Of a stretch of DNA of 58,132 bases, positions 9,195-20,085 are shown piece by piece (position 1 is the first letter of the stretch; each line of letters begins with the position of its first letter). Source of the stretch: a virus. Its lineage: Duplodnaviria > Caudoviricetes. The notes below the pieces were generated by a model. It did not search any database. It was not told where the DNA came from and saw nothing but the letters and a program-made list of their open reading frames with translations. The DNA lies in IMG/VR virus record IMGVR_UViG_3300008116_000137, positions 1 to 58,132 of that record. One strand, 5' to 3'. The position numbers and the translations under genes were made by a program.

Positions 9195-10967
9195 ATGGCT
9201 GAATTATTTGGATTTGAGTTTAAGCGAAAGAAAGATCAAGAACCAGTTGCTCCCTCATTCACTCCAAAAGAGCAGGATGATGGAGCATTGGTTATTGCTG
9301 CTGCTGGTGCTATGGGTACATATGTTGACCTCGATGGCACAGTAAGAACAGAAGCAGAACTAGTAACAAAATATCGTGAGATGTCTCTTCAACCAGAAAT
9401 CGATATTGCTGTCGATGAAATTACAAATCATTCAATTTGTATTGATGAAGAGAAAATTGTCAGAATCATGTTAGATGAACTAAATCTTTCTGACAAAGTA
9501 AAAAAAGCTATTGAAAGTGAATTTGAAACTTCTCTGAATTTATTAAATTTTAATGTAAACGGTTATGATGTTTTTAGACGTTGGTACATTGATGGTAGAT
9601 TATATTTTCACGTTGTAATTGATGAAAATAATCCTAAAGATGGTATCAAAGAACTAAGATATGTTGATCCTAGAAAAATCAGAAAGATTCGTGAAGTTTC
9701 CAAGAGACGTGCAAGAGGCGGTGATCCAACACAAAGTTCTGCCGTTCTTACTAAAACAGAAAATGAATATTATATCTTCAACGATAAAGGATTCAACTAC
9801 GGTAATAAAGCAGTTGGTCCTTCCACAACAGGGTTAAAGATCGCTAAAGATGCTATTGTTCACGTTACATCTGGCCTTACTGATACGAATGGAACAATGG
9901 TTCTCTCGTATCTTCACAAGGCAATTAAGCCTTTAAATCAATTAAGAACATTAGAAGATGCAGTAGTAGTATACCGCATTTCTCGTGCACCAGAAAGAAG
10001 ACTTTGGTACATTGATGTAGGTAATCTACCAAAGATGAAAGCAGAGCAATACGTTCGTGATATTATGGTCAAACACAAAAATAGATTAATCTATGACTCT
10101 GCAACAGGTGAAGTAAGAGATGATCGTAAGTTCATGACCATGTTAGAGGATTATTGGCTACCAAGAAGAGAAGGTGGAAGAGGCACAGAAGTCTCCACAC
10201 TTCCAGCCGGTCAAAATCTAGGTGAAATGGAAGACGTTAATTACTTTAAAGAAAAACTTTACTCTTGTTTATATGTTCCATTAAACAGATTAGATAAAAA
10301 TAATATGTTTAGTATTGGCAATCCTACAGAAACAACTCGTGAAGAATTACGTTTTGGTAAGTTTATTCATAGACTTAGAACAAAGTTCAATCTTTTATTC
10401 TTAAAAATTCTTGAACGTCAGTTAGTTCTAAAAGGTGTAATGACTATCGAGGATTGGGAAAATATTAAAAATAAAATTGTATTTGATTATTCTAAAGATT
10501 CATATTTCACAGAATTAAAAGATAATGAAATCATGATGGGAAGAGTAAACACAATCAATAGTATGGGTGAAATAATTGGTAAGTATTATTCTAATTACTA
10601 CGTAAGAAAACACATTCTCAAACAGACAGACGAAGAAATGGAAGTCGAGGATGAACTAATCGTAAGTGAATTAGAACACGAAACACAACAAAACGTATCT
10701 ATGGGTCTAGGCCCAGATGGTGCTGCACTTGACGCAGGTCAACAAGATATGGGTGGTGGTGGCGGTGGTGGTGCGCCTGTTGTTGATGACAAAGAAAAAT
10801 TAAGAAAAGCTAAAATGACTTATCAAAGATTAAAAGATAAGAAACCAAAGTCAAAAGACGAATATTCTCAATTGCAAAAAGCAGTTCAAGTAATCGCAAA
10901 AAGTAATGATGAATCTGCTAAGTCTATGATTACATATAGACAACAGCAAATGGGTACATCTAAATAA
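9195..10967 (+). CDS. gp20: Portal vertex protein
   Basis: YRISRAPERR, IDVGNLPKMKAEQY, EDYWLPRREGGRGTE motifs. Confidence 0.97.
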   Translation: MAELFGFEFKRKKDQEPVAPSFTPKEQDDGALVIAAAGAMGTYVDLDGTVRTEAELVTKYREMSLQPEIDIAVDEITNHSICIDEEKIVRIMLDELNLSDKVKKAIESEFETSLNLLNFNVNGYDVFRRWYIDGRLYFHVVIDENNPKDGIKELRYVDPRKIRKIREVSKRRARGGDPTQSSAVLTKTENEYYIFNDKGFNYGNKAVGPSTTGLKIAKDAIVHVTSGLTDTNGTMVLSYLHKAIKPLNQLRTLEDAVVVYRISRAPERRLWYIDVGNLPKMKAEQYVRDIMVKHKNRLIYDSATGEVRDDRKFMTMLEDYWLPRREGGRGTEVSTLPAGQNLGEMEDVNYFKEKLYSCLYVPLNRLDKNNMFSIGNPTETTREELRFGKFIHRLRTKFNLLFLKILERQLVLKGVMTIEDWENIKNKIVFDYSKDSYFTELKDNEIMMGRVNTINSMGEIIGKYYSNYYVRKHILKQTDEEMEVEDELIVSELEHETQQNVSMGLGPDGAALDAGQQDMGGGGGGGAPVVDDKEKLRKAKMTYQRLKDKKPKSKDEYSQLQKAVQVIAKSNDESAKSMITYRQQQMGTSK

Positions 10968-10979
10968 TAGGAGCGTGAT

Positions 10980-11255
10980 GTGACAAAACCATCAGATTTA
11001 ATTTTATATAGTTTAGAACAAAAGCCAATTGAATTTGGAGATGCATTTAATACTCTAATCAAAGATAGATTAGAAGTTGCTGTTAATAACAAGAAGTTAG
11101 AATTAGCAAAAACACTTTTCGATGAGCCTGTTGAAGACGAAGAAGAAAATGAAGATTCGTCACAATATGAAGTAGATAACGAAAATACAGATGATGAAGA
11201 AAATGAAGAACAACAGGAAACAGAATTAGAAGTAGAGGATAACGAAGATGCCTAA
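10980..11255 (+). CDS. Acidic prohead core protein (gp67-like by position)
   Basis: Short, very acidic C-terminus, directly after portal. Confidence 0.6.
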   Translation: MTKPSDLILYSLEQKPIEFGDAFNTLIKDRLEVAVNNKKLELAKTLFDEPVEDEEENEDSSQYEVDNENTDDEENEEQQETELEVEDNEDA

Positions 11256-12090
11256 AAGCTTAAGGGATATTATAGCACCACGTGCTGGTAGAGACTTATC
11301 AAAAGGTGAAACTGATTTTCTTGATCAGCATAAGGTAGATGAAAAAGACTATCCTGTAAAGCAAAAAACTGCTGGTGCAACTCATGTTGCCTCTACAAAG
11401 CCTGTTACTGATCCTGCAAAAGGTCATTTAGGCGATAAATCACATACAATGTATACACAGGCAAATGAAGAAACAGAACTAGACGAAGAAGCTCACTGTA
11501 ATATGAGCGAAGCAGGGCAGATGTGTGAAGTTCATGGTATGTCCAAGTGCCCAAATTCATCTATGGACCCAAAGAAAAAAGTTATTATGGACAAGAAAAT
11601 TGTTCGTGAAGAAGAAATGACTTCTGCTGAAAAGAAAAAAGAAAAACAATTAAAAAAGAAGTATGACCCTTCTGGTATGAAAGCTTCTATGAAGAAGCAA
11701 TATGGTGCTGAAAAAGGTAAGCAAGTTTATTTTTCCACCATTCGCAAACAGGCTATGGAAGAAACACAGGTTTCAGAATGCCCAAGTAACGAAGCTTCTG
11801 ATGCTCCTGAAGTAGATTATGAAGGTGAAATGGCTAAGACGCAACTAAAAGCTTTAGCCAATAAAGCAATGCATCTTCACATGATGATGAAAAATGATGC
11901 ACAATTAGAAGCATGGGTTCAATCAAAAATTTCAAATGCTAAACAAGATTTGGATGCTATCTATGATTATGTTGTGTTCAGACCAACAAAAGAAACAACA
12001 GGTCCAGAAACACCAATTGCTTACAATACAGTTCCCAATCCTTCATATCCAAGTGATACGGTGGATGTAAATTACGGGAGCAAAGTCTAA
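11248..12090 (+). CDS. Hypothetical head-associated protein (likely protease-processed)
   Basis: Head cluster; E-rich linkers; EGEMAKTQL and LEAWVQSKI modules seen in T4-like internal proteins. Confidence 0.55.
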   Translation: MPKSLRDIIAPRAGRDLSKGETDFLDQHKVDEKDYPVKQKTAGATHVASTKPVTDPAKGHLGDKSHTMYTQANEETELDEEAHCNMSEAGQMCEVHGMSKCPNSSMDPKKKVIMDKKIVREEEMTSAEKKKEKQLKKKYDPSGMKASMKKQYGAEKGKQVYFSTIRKQAMEETQVSECPSNEASDAPEVDYEGEMAKTQLKALANKAMHLHMMMKNDAQLEAWVQSKISNAKQDLDAIYDYVVFRPTKETTGPETPIAYNTVPNPSYPSDTVDVNYGSKV

Positions 12091-12335
12091 TGATTCTTAA
12101 ACTTCTAAGTCCAGAAATTAATATAGGTTCGACTGCAAATGATGTTTCCACAGCAACATTAGTTAGAATTATTAATACTGGTGCATTGGCTTCTGCAAAT
12201 GTTGCGTATGCAAATGGAACTGTTTATGCAAATGTTTCTGTTTCAAATACAGAATCAGTAATAATAGAAAAAACACCAACAGATTTAGTAAAGGGCGCTA
12301 ACATGTTAGCTGTCTCAGTAGCATTTAGGAACTAA
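12090..12335 (+). CDS. Small conserved head-cluster protein
   Basis: Translationally coupled between core and protease genes. Confidence 0.6.
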   Translation: MILKLLSPEINIGSTANDVSTATLVRIINTGALASANVAYANGTVYANVSVSNTESVIIEKTPTDLVKGANMLAVSVAFRN

Positions 12336-12336
12336 A

Positions 12337-12999
12337 ATGAAACTTATCGTAGAAGAAAACAACAGTAACGTAGGTTACATAACAGAAACTACCGAATCTG
12401 GTAAGAAAAATCATTTTATTGTTGGTCCATTTATTCAAACAGAAACACTCAATCGTAATAATCGTATGTACGAAAAGAGAATGATGGAACCAGTAGTAGA
12501 AAAATATGTACTAGAAAATGTAAAAAATAATAGAGCATTTGGCGAATTGAATCATCCAGCCGGTCCAACAATTAATTTAGACCGTGTGTGTATTTTAATC
12601 AAAGAATTAAAATGGAGTGGCAATGATGTAATTGGCAAGGCATTAGTCACAGAAACTCCAATGGGTAATATTGTCAAGGGTCTTCTTGAATCAGGTGCTA
12701 CATTAGGTGTTTCCACTAGAGGATTAGGCGAAACAAAAATGCGTGACGATGGTGTTACAGTCGTTATGCCAGGTTTTCATTTAGCGACTGCTGCTGATGT
12801 TGTCGCTGATCCTTCTGCACGTGGTGCATACGTTCAAGGTATTATGGAAAATGTTGATTGGATTTATAAAAATGGTGAATGGATTCAGGAAAAAGCAGAA
12901 GAACATAAAAAGATATTAAAAAGAATGTCAATGGATGAAATAGAACAAAATAAAATGGCTATTTTCGAAGATTTTATTCGTTCATTAACAATTGATTAA
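12337..12999 (+). CDS. gp21: Prohead core protease
   Basis: NRNNRMY, GELNHP, GVSTRGLG, DVVADPS catalytic motifs. Confidence 0.96.
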   Translation: MKLIVEENNSNVGYITETTESGKKNHFIVGPFIQTETLNRNNRMYEKRMMEPVVEKYVLENVKNNRAFGELNHPAGPTINLDRVCILIKELKWSGNDVIGKALVTETPMGNIVKGLLESGATLGVSTRGLGETKMRDDGVTVVMPGFHLATAADVVADPSARGAYVQGIMENVDWIYKNGEWIQEKAEEHKKILKRMSMDEIEQNKMAIFEDFIRSLTID

Positions 13000-13055
13000 T
13001 TTGTTAAGTATCAGAAATATATAAATATTTCAAATTAAATTAAGGAGACACTTTA

Positions 13056-14300
13056 ATGACAATAGCAACCTATGATGAGTATGTTGAAATCGTGAAAGTA
13101 CTTGGTGAGGAAATCGAATTAACACAAGAAGAATTCGATCTCATGGAAGTAGCTGATAAAAATAAGAGATTCGAATCTCTTGTTGCCATGTATAAAGCTA
13201 GAAAGTCTGGTAACAAAGAAGCTGCTGAAAAGCACGAAAAAGAAGCTAGAGAAATGTCTAAGAAGAAAAAGATGGCTAAAGAAGAAGTAGAAACTTCAGA
13301 AACAGAAATTACTGAAACACAAGCTGCTGATACTCTTAAGCCAAATTCACGTCCAGTTCCACATTCACGTATGGAAATGATGACATCAGTTATGTCAGCT
13401 ATGGGCGGAATGCCAAAGAAAGATTTAGTCAAGTGGTTCGATCAGGCAATGGCTGTATTTGGTCCAAATAAAGACCTTGGTGTCCCTGATAATTCTGCAA
13501 AGAATGCCGCTTCAATTGATACAACATTAGGTTCAGGACCAAAGACAAAAATGCCAATGCAGAAACTCAACGTCAAGGAAGATGTTGAGGAAATGTTTGC
13601 TGGTCAGGACTTATCAGAAGAATTTAAGGGCAAGGCCACTACACTATTTGAAGCTGCTGTAAATGCTCGTGTTGTACTAGAGACAGCACGTATTGAAGAA
13701 GAATTTGAAAATACACTTAATGAACAAGTTGGAGAAATTGTTTCTGATCTAACAGAAAAAGTTGATCAGTATTTAGACTTCGTTGTTGAGACTTGGATGA
13801 AGGATAATGAAGTTGCTATTGAAACTTCACTCCGTAACGAACTAGTTGAAGATTTCATCGAAGGTCTAAGAGGACTATTCTCTGAACATTATATCTCTGT
13901 TCCACAGGAGAAATTAGATATTCTTGAAGCACTATCTGAAAAGGTAGCTGAACTTGAAGAAAAGCTAGACGAAACAATTAGCGAAAATGTAGAGTTAAGA
14001 CAGATTGCTCAGTCAATCGAACTAGAAGATGTTTTCGATACTGTTTCAGAGGGTCTAGCTCTAACACAGGTAGAACGTTTCCGCTCACTCGCTGAAGGCA
14101 TTGAGTTTGATGGTGATCTAACTGCTTACGAAAGAAAGTTAAACATCATTAAGGAACAATACTTCACAGAAAAGACATCAGTTGCTGCATCTGTAATTAA
14201 CGAAGATGTATCAGGTGAAAATAGTCTAACTGAAGAAGTAGTAACAACACCTGAAATGAAAAGATATGCTTTAGCTATCTCTAGAACAATAAAGAAATAA
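13056..14300 (+). CDS. gp22: Prohead scaffolding protein
   Basis: LSEEFK.KA.TLFEAAV, acidic coiled coil, M.RY..A C-terminus; precedes gp23. Confidence 0.9.
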   Translation: MTIATYDEYVEIVKVLGEEIELTQEEFDLMEVADKNKRFESLVAMYKARKSGNKEAAEKHEKEAREMSKKKKMAKEEVETSETEITETQAADTLKPNSRPVPHSRMEMMTSVMSAMGGMPKKDLVKWFDQAMAVFGPNKDLGVPDNSAKNAASIDTTLGSGPKTKMPMQKLNVKEDVEEMFAGQDLSEEFKGKATTLFEAAVNARVVLETARIEEEFENTLNEQVGEIVSDLTEKVDQYLDFVVETWMKDNEVAIETSLRNELVEDFIEGLRGLFSEHYISVPQEKLDILEALSEKVAELEEKLDETISENVELRQIAQSIELEDVFDTVSEGLALTQVERFRSLAEGIEFDGDLTAYERKLNIIKEQYFTEKTSVAASVINEDVSGENSLTEEVVTTPEMKRYALAISRTIKK

Positions 14301-14343
14301 CTTTTTATAAATAATATACATTTAAACCTTTAAGGAGAAATAA

Positions 14344-15696
14344 ATGCTAGCTGAAGAACTAAACAACAAGTGGAAGCCAATTCTTGAGCATCCCGATCTT
14401 ACACCAATTAAGGACGTTCATCGTCGTAACGTAACTGCTGCTCTACTAGAGAATACAGAGAAAGCATTACGTGAGTCAGGTGCACATTCTCAGTATCTAC
14501 TTTCAGAAGCCATGACATCATCAATTCCTGTTAATGCTATGGGTTCTTCTTCATCAACAGCATCAGCAGGTGCTATTGATACATTCGATCCTGTTCTAAT
14601 CTCACTAGTTCGTCGTGCAATGCCAAATCTAATTGCATATGACATTTGCGGCGTTCAGCAGATGACAGGTCCAACAGGTCTCATTTTCGCAATGAGAGCA
14701 CGTTATGCCAACCAGACACATACAGAAACATTCTACAATGAAGTTAACACTTCATTCTCTTCTGTTGTTTCAGGTGCTAACACACTAGGCCAGAAGCATG
14801 TCGGTACATTCCCTGATGGTTCTGCTAATCTTGCTGCAAATGGCGTTTATAACTTTGGTTCAGCCATGGCAACATCACAGGCTGAAGCTCTTGGTACAGA
14901 CAGCAATTCAGCTTTTGCTCAGATGGCATTCTCAATTGAGAAACTAGCCGTTACAGCCAAGACTCGTGCTCTAAAGGCAGAATACACCATGGAACTAGCC
15001 CAGGACCTAAAGGCTATTCATGGTCTAGACGCCGAAACAGAACTTTCAAACATTCTCTCTTCAGAGATTATGGCTGAAATCAACAGAGAAGTTGTTCGTA
15101 CAATCAACGTCACAGCCGTTGCTGGTGCACAGGACAACACAACAACCGCTGGTTACTTCGATCTTGATACAGACTCAAATGGCCGTTGGTCAGTTGAGAA
15201 GTTCAAGGGTCTAATGTTCCAGTTAGAGCGTGAAGCTAACCAGATCGCCAAGCAGACTCGTAGAGGCAAGGGTAACATCGTTATCTGTTCATCAGACGTT
15301 GCTTCTGCTCTACAGATGGCCGGTGTTCTTGATTACGCTCCTGCTCTAAATTCAAACAATCTACAGGTTGACGACACAGGCAATACATTTGCTGGTGTTC
15401 TAAATGGTCGTCTTCGTGTTTATATCGATCCATATGCCACTGGTGGTAACTATCTAACAGTTGGTTATAAGGGTTCATCAGCCTTTGATGCTGGTCTATT
15501 CTATTGCCCATACGTTCCACTACAGATGGTACGTGCAGTCGATCAGGACAGCTTCCAGCCAAAGATTGGTTTCAAGACACGTTATGGAATGATTGCTAAC
15601 CCATTCGCAAAGGGCGCAACAGCATTCACAGATGACGGTCTTGCAAAGGATTCAAACGTCTACTATCGTCGTGTAGTTGTTTCAAATCTTATGTAA
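14344..15696 (+). CDS. gp23: Major capsid protein
   Basis: GVQQMTGPTGLIFAMR, RALKAEYTMELAQDLKAIHGLDAE, FQPKIGFKTRYG. Confidence 0.98.
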   Translation: MLAEELNNKWKPILEHPDLTPIKDVHRRNVTAALLENTEKALRESGAHSQYLLSEAMTSSIPVNAMGSSSSTASAGAIDTFDPVLISLVRRAMPNLIAYDICGVQQMTGPTGLIFAMRARYANQTHTETFYNEVNTSFSSVVSGANTLGQKHVGTFPDGSANLAANGVYNFGSAMATSQAEALGTDSNSAFAQMAFSIEKLAVTAKTRALKAEYTMELAQDLKAIHGLDAETELSNILSSEIMAEINREVVRTINVTAVAGAQDNTTTAGYFDLDTDSNGRWSVEKFKGLMFQLEREANQIAKQTRRGKGNIVICSSDVASALQMAGVLDYAPALNSNNLQVDDTGNTFAGVLNGRLRVYIDPYATGGNYLTVGYKGSSAFDAGLFYCPYVPLQMVRAVDQDSFQPKIGFKTRYGMIANPFAKGATAFTDDGLAKDSNVYYRRVVVSNLM

Positions 15697-15724
15697 TAAT
15701 AAACCCAGTGTCAAACTGGTTAAC

Positions 15725-15750
15725 TAGGGGGCTTTTTAGCCCCCTTTTTT
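15725..15750 (+). terminator. Rho-independent terminator after gp23
   Basis: agggggct-tttt-agccccct followed by a T run. Confidence 0.9.
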
Positions 15751-15784
15751 ATTATAAATACTTAAAATATTAAAGGGTAATGAG

Positions 15785-16309
15785 ATGACTGCATTAGATA
15801 AAAATCCAACAAATCATAATTTCCTTTCTCCATTAAATTTTAAGTTTCAAATTAAAAGAGCGCCACACATTAATTTTTTCATACAAGAAATCAATCTTCC
15901 TTCTATCTCTATTCAACCAAAAGAGGTAGGAAACCCATTTGTAAAAATTCCATATCCTGGCGATCATATAGATTATACTCTCCTTACTGTTAAGTTCAAG
16001 GTAGATGAAGATTTAAAAAACTATTTGGAAATGCAATCTTGGCTTCGTGGTCTTGGCTTTCCTCAATCATTTGATGAGTATAGCACCCTTTCAAACCAAA
16101 ATCAACTGGAAGGTAAGGGGTTAAGATCAGATATTTCATTAATTATTCTTAATAGTACGAAACTTCCAAATTACGAAATCACATTTACAGAAGCATTCCC
16201 TGTATCATTATCTGAATTGGTATTTTCAACCACAGAAGATACAGTCAATTATATGACTGCCACTGTAGACTTCAGATATATTCTCTACAATATTGAAAAA
16301 ATCACTTGA
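15785..16309 (+). CDS. gp3: Tail completion/tube terminator gp3-like
   Basis: NFLSPLNFKF, VDEDLKNY.E...W, AFPVSLSEL.F motifs. Confidence 0.85.
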   Translation: MTALDKNPTNHNFLSPLNFKFQIKRAPHINFFIQEINLPSISIQPKEVGNPFVKIPYPGDHIDYTLLTVKFKVDEDLKNYLEMQSWLRGLGFPQSFDEYSTLSNQNQLEGKGLRSDISLIILNSTKLPNYEITFTEAFPVSLSELVFSTTEDTVNYMTATVDFRYILYNIEKIT

Positions 16310-16334
16310 CAGGGTGAACATATCTTGGTATAAT
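16306..16334 (+). promoter_or_regulatory. Sigma70-type promoter TTGACA-17-TATAAT for the uvsY operon
   Basis: Perfect consensus with 17-bp spacer; -35 overlaps the gp3 stop codon. Confidence 0.85.
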
Positions 16335-16384
16335 GATTCTGTTAGAGACTAATACAATATATTATTATTGAATAGGAGAATATT

Positions 16385-16819
16385 ATGAAGTATGAAGAAA
16401 TATGTGATATGTGGGATAAAGATTCCAAGGTAGATATGACTAAACTAGGTCAATCTACTATATATTGTGCTCAGTTGCATTCTAAGTATTTGAGATTGTT
16501 ACTCATTGAAAAGAAAGAATTGAGACAATTAGAAGCTAAAATGAAGATTCTAAAGTTAGAAAAGACAGAATTCCTACTGTATGGACCATCAAAAGAAACA
16601 CAACAGAAAGGTTGGGTATTGCCTCCTAAAGGTAATATCATAAAGGTTGAACTACCTCTTTACTTAGAAGCAGATCATGATATAATAAGCCTATCATTGA
16701 ATATAGGTGCATGTCAAGAGAAGATTTACGCATTAGAGTCCATTTTGAAGACCATAAATAGTATGGGTTACAATATCAATGCTGCTATTGATTACCAGAA
16801 ATTTATGGGTGGAGGATAA
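16385..16819 (+). CDS. uvsY: Recombination mediator UvsY
   Basis: W.KDSKVD, LHSKYL, I.AAIDYQKF motifs; precedes uvsW. Confidence 0.85.
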   Translation: MKYEEICDMWDKDSKVDMTKLGQSTIYCAQLHSKYLRLLLIEKKELRQLEAKMKILKLEKTEFLLYGPSKETQQKGWVLPPKGNIIKVELPLYLEADHDIISLSLNIGACQEKIYALESILKTINSMGYNINAAIDYQKFMGGG

Positions 16820-16828
16820 TGTGATTAT

Positions 16829-18277
16829 ATGAATGTTGTAAGTGTACAAAAATATAATGAAACATATATAAAAATTACTACAGAACCAGGAATAGCTTTC
16901 GAATTAAAAGATCATTTTACATTCAAAGTTCCTGGTTATAAATTTATGCCTCAATACAAAAGTGGCGTATGGGACGGTAATATATTCCTTTTCAACCCTA
17001 TGACAGGATTGTTATATTATGGTCTTTTGTCGTATGTAGAAGAATTTTGTAAAAACAGAGATTATACATTAATATATACAAGCGATTTCTCAAAAGAACA
17101 GTTTTCTTTAAAAGAAGCTAATGATTTCATAGAGAAATTAAAACCTACTATGCAACCAAGAGATTATCAATTGGATGCATTCGTTCATGCTGTAAGAGAA
17201 AGACGGGCTTTACTTGTATCTCCTACAGCCTCTGGTAAATCGTTTATAATTTATTTACTTGTGAGGTATTATGCGAAAAGAACTCTCATTATTGTACCAA
17301 CTACTTCTCTTGTTAGTCAGCTTGCCAGTGATTTTGTTGACTATGGTTTCGACTCTGATACTTACGTTCATCGTGTCTTTGCTGGACAGGATAAGGGATC
17401 AACAAAACCAATCACAATCACCACTTGGCAGAGCATATACAAATTACCTAGCGAATTCTTTAGTAACTTTGATGTTGTCATCGGAGACGAAGCTCATCTC
17501 TTCAAAGCAAAATCTCTTACTTCTATACTTACTAAGATACCCAATGCACGCTACCGTTTTGGATTTACCGGAACATTGGATGGTACTCAAACCCACCGCC
17601 TCGTTCTTGAAGGACTCTTTGGACCAGTCAGAAAAGTAGTAACAACAAAAGAATTAATAGACAAAAAACATCTAGCAGATTTTAATATAAAATCAATAGT
17701 GCTTTCTTATTCAGATGAGATTAGAAAAGTATTTTCAAAAGCTTTATATAAAGACGAAATAAATTTTATTGTTACATTACCTGAAAGAAATACTTTTATT
17801 AAAAATTTAGCATTATCTTTAAAAGGAAATACACTTTTATTATTTCAGTTTGTTGACAAGCATGGTGAAATATTATATAATAGTATCAAGAATGAAGCTG
17901 GAGGTCGAAAAGTTTTCTTTGTTTCTGGAAAAGTAGAAGGTGAACAAAGAGAAGAAATAAGAAGGATTGTTGAAAATGAGACAAATGCTATTATTGTTGC
18001 TTCTTACGGCACTTTTTCTACCGGAATTAATATTAAAAATCTTCATAGCATTATTTTTGCTTCTCCTTCTAAGTCACGAGTTAGGAATTTACAATCTATA
18101 GGGCGTGGTTTAAGAAAAAGCGATACAAAAACGAACGCAACACTATATGATATAGCAGATGATTTTTCGTGGAAATCTAAAAGTAATCATACATTGCTAC
18201 ATTTTATAGAAAGAATCAAAATTTATAGTGAGGAGAAATTTAACTACAAAATATATAAAGTTAAATTAAATGTATAG
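16829..18277 (+). CDS. uvsW: RNA-DNA/DNA-DNA helicase UvsW
   Basis: SPTASGKS, GDEAH, TGT, LQSIGRGLR SF2 motifs. Confidence 0.95.
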   Translation: MNVVSVQKYNETYIKITTEPGIAFELKDHFTFKVPGYKFMPQYKSGVWDGNIFLFNPMTGLLYYGLLSYVEEFCKNRDYTLIYTSDFSKEQFSLKEANDFIEKLKPTMQPRDYQLDAFVHAVRERRALLVSPTASGKSFIIYLLVRYYAKRTLIIVPTTSLVSQLASDFVDYGFDSDTYVHRVFAGQDKGSTKPITITTWQSIYKLPSEFFSNFDVVIGDEAHLFKAKSLTSILTKIPNARYRFGFTGTLDGTQTHRLVLEGLFGPVRKVVTTKELIDKKHLADFNIKSIVLSYSDEIRKVFSKALYKDEINFIVTLPERNTFIKNLALSLKGNTLLLFQFVDKHGEILYNSIKNEAGGRKVFFVSGKVEGEQREEIRRIVENETNAIIVASYGTFSTGINIKNLHSIIFASPSKSRVRNLQSIGRGLRKSDTKTNATLYDIADDFSWKSKSNHTLLHFIERIKIYSEEKFNYKIYKVKLNV

Positions 18278-18285
18278 GATAAAAA

Positions 18286-18819
18286 ATGGCTAAAAATTAC
18301 GTTAATAATAAGACGTTATATACTGAAATGGTGAAATACCATGAGCAGTTATATTTGTCTATTCAAAAAGATAATCCTAAACCAATCGTCTCCAACTATA
18401 TTGGACAGGCGATTATGTTAATATGCAATCGTTTAGCTTATAAGCCAAATTTTATCAATTATACATTTCGTGAAGAAATGATTGCTGATGGTATTGAAAA
18501 CTGTATTGTTGCTATTGATAACTTCAATCCAGATAAATCTAAAAATCCGTTTGCATATTTTACTCAGATCGCATGGAATGCATTTTTGAGAAGAATAGCC
18601 AAAGAGAAGAAACAGACCTATATAAAACATAAAAACTTTGAAAATTCTTTTGCGACACATGAAATGGAAATGATTTTTAACGATATAAATTATTATACCC
18701 AAGGAGTCAATGAATTTTCAAACGAGATTATTTCTTCATTTGAAGAGAAAAATCTTACCGTCAAAAAGAAAAAGAAAATGAGCATGGGTCTTGAAAAATT
18801 AATTGATAACGGAGAGTGA
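18286..18819 (+). CDS. gp55: Late-transcription sigma factor
   Basis: YVNNK, PNFINYTFREEMIADGIENC, NPFAYFTQI motifs. Confidence 0.95.
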   Translation: MAKNYVNNKTLYTEMVKYHEQLYLSIQKDNPKPIVSNYIGQAIMLICNRLAYKPNFINYTFREEMIADGIENCIVAIDNFNPDKSKNPFAYFTQIAWNAFLRRIAKEKKQTYIKHKNFENSFATHEMEMIFNDINYYTQGVNEFSNEIISSFEEKNLTVKKKKKMSMGLEKLIDNGE

Positions 18820-18820
18820 G

Positions 18821-19015
18821 ATGAATAATCAGCATTTAATACCACCGTCAGTTACGGATATAGTTGAGAAACTATCATCTTCAACTGCACATACAAATGA
18901 AAAACTAAATTATATTATGCGTTTGGAAGCTATACGTGATTATTGTGCAATGAATATTGATAAACATAATAATCGCCAGTTTCCAACGAAACCAGCAAAA
19001 AGAGGTTATCGTTGA
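18821..19015 (+). CDS. Hypothetical protein
   Basis: RBS (ggag) upstream; coupled to gp47. Confidence 0.55.
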   Translation: MNNQHLIPPSVTDIVEKLSSSTAHTNEKLNYIMRLEAIRDYCAMNIDKHNNRQFPTKPAKRGYR

Positions 19016-20082
19016 AAATAGCACTAATTACAGATACTCATTGGGGTGTCCGTTCAGACGCCCCAATTTTTCATGATTATAATAAGAATTTTTTAGATGA
19101 AGTATTTTTTCCTCATTTAGAAAAAAACAATATCAAAACTATTGTTCATCTTGGAGATATGTTTGATAGAAGAAAGTATATTAATTTTCAAACAGCAAAT
19201 AGAATCAGAGAAGACTTTCTTCAACCTATTAGTGATAAAGGTTTTAAGTTTCATATTATCGCTGGTAATCACGATATCTATTATAGAAATACTAATAAGA
19301 TAAACGCAATTCGTGAACTTATCGATGGTAGATATAATTTTCATATATATGATGATGTTGCAACGGAAGTAATATTTGATAACACCAAGGTATTATTGAT
19401 ACCATGGATTTGTGATGAAAACTATGAAAAATCTATGAATAATATAAAGAATACAGATGCACAAATAGCATTTGGTCATTTAGAAATTCAAGGGTTTGAA
19501 ATGTATAAGGGGTCTATTGTTTCGCATGGGCATGATCGTAGGATTTTTGAGAATTTTGATATTGTCTTGTCTGGCCATTATCACCATAGGTCCACTGATG
19601 GCTGTATATCTTATTTGGGCTGTCATTCTGAGTTTACATGGGCGGATTATGACGATCCGAAAGGATTTCATGTATTTGATACAGAGACTAGAGAACTGGC
19701 CTTTATAGAAAATCCTTATAAGATGTTTGCTAAAATTTGGTATAATGATGCAGGTAAAACATTTGACGAGGCGGTATTAAAATTCGATTACGAACAATAC
19801 AGAAACAGAATTGTAAAGGTTATTGTTTCAAATAAAGACAATCCTTATTGGTTTGATAATTTTATTGAAAGACTACAGCATGTGGACCCACAAGATTTAC
19901 AGATTGTAGAGGACCATCTAAATTTAAATATGGAAGATGACGAGAATATTGTCAACGAAGCAGAAGATACTTTGTCTATATTCAGAGGATTTATTAAACA
20001 AATTCAATCTGAGAGTATTGACAAAGAACAATTAAATGTTATAATAACAGAACTATATAATGAAGCGATTACATTGGAGTGA
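19012..20082 (+). CDS. gp47: Recombination endonuclease (Mre11/SbcD-like)
   Basis: DTHWG, GDMFDRRK, GNHD, SGHYH metallophosphoesterase motifs. Confidence 0.95.
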   Translation: MKIALITDTHWGVRSDAPIFHDYNKNFLDEVFFPHLEKNNIKTIVHLGDMFDRRKYINFQTANRIREDFLQPISDKGFKFHIIAGNHDIYYRNTNKINAIRELIDGRYNFHIYDDVATEVIFDNTKVLLIPWICDENYEKSMNNIKNTDAQIAFGHLEIQGFEMYKGSIVSHGHDRRIFENFDIVLSGHYHHRSTDGCISYLGCHSEFTWADYDDPKGFHVFDTETRELAFIENPYKMFAKIWYNDAGKTFDEAVLKFDYEQYRNRIVKVIVSNKDNPYWFDNFIERLQHVDPQDLQIVEDHLNLNMEDDENIVNEAEDTLSIFRGFIKQIQSESIDKEQLNVIITELYNEAITLE

Positions 20083-20085
20083 TTT

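Noticed and set aside
17271-17639. 122-aa alternate-frame ORF inside uvsW
   Set aside because: Overlaps conserved helicase motifs, no RBS; likely a codon-bias shadow
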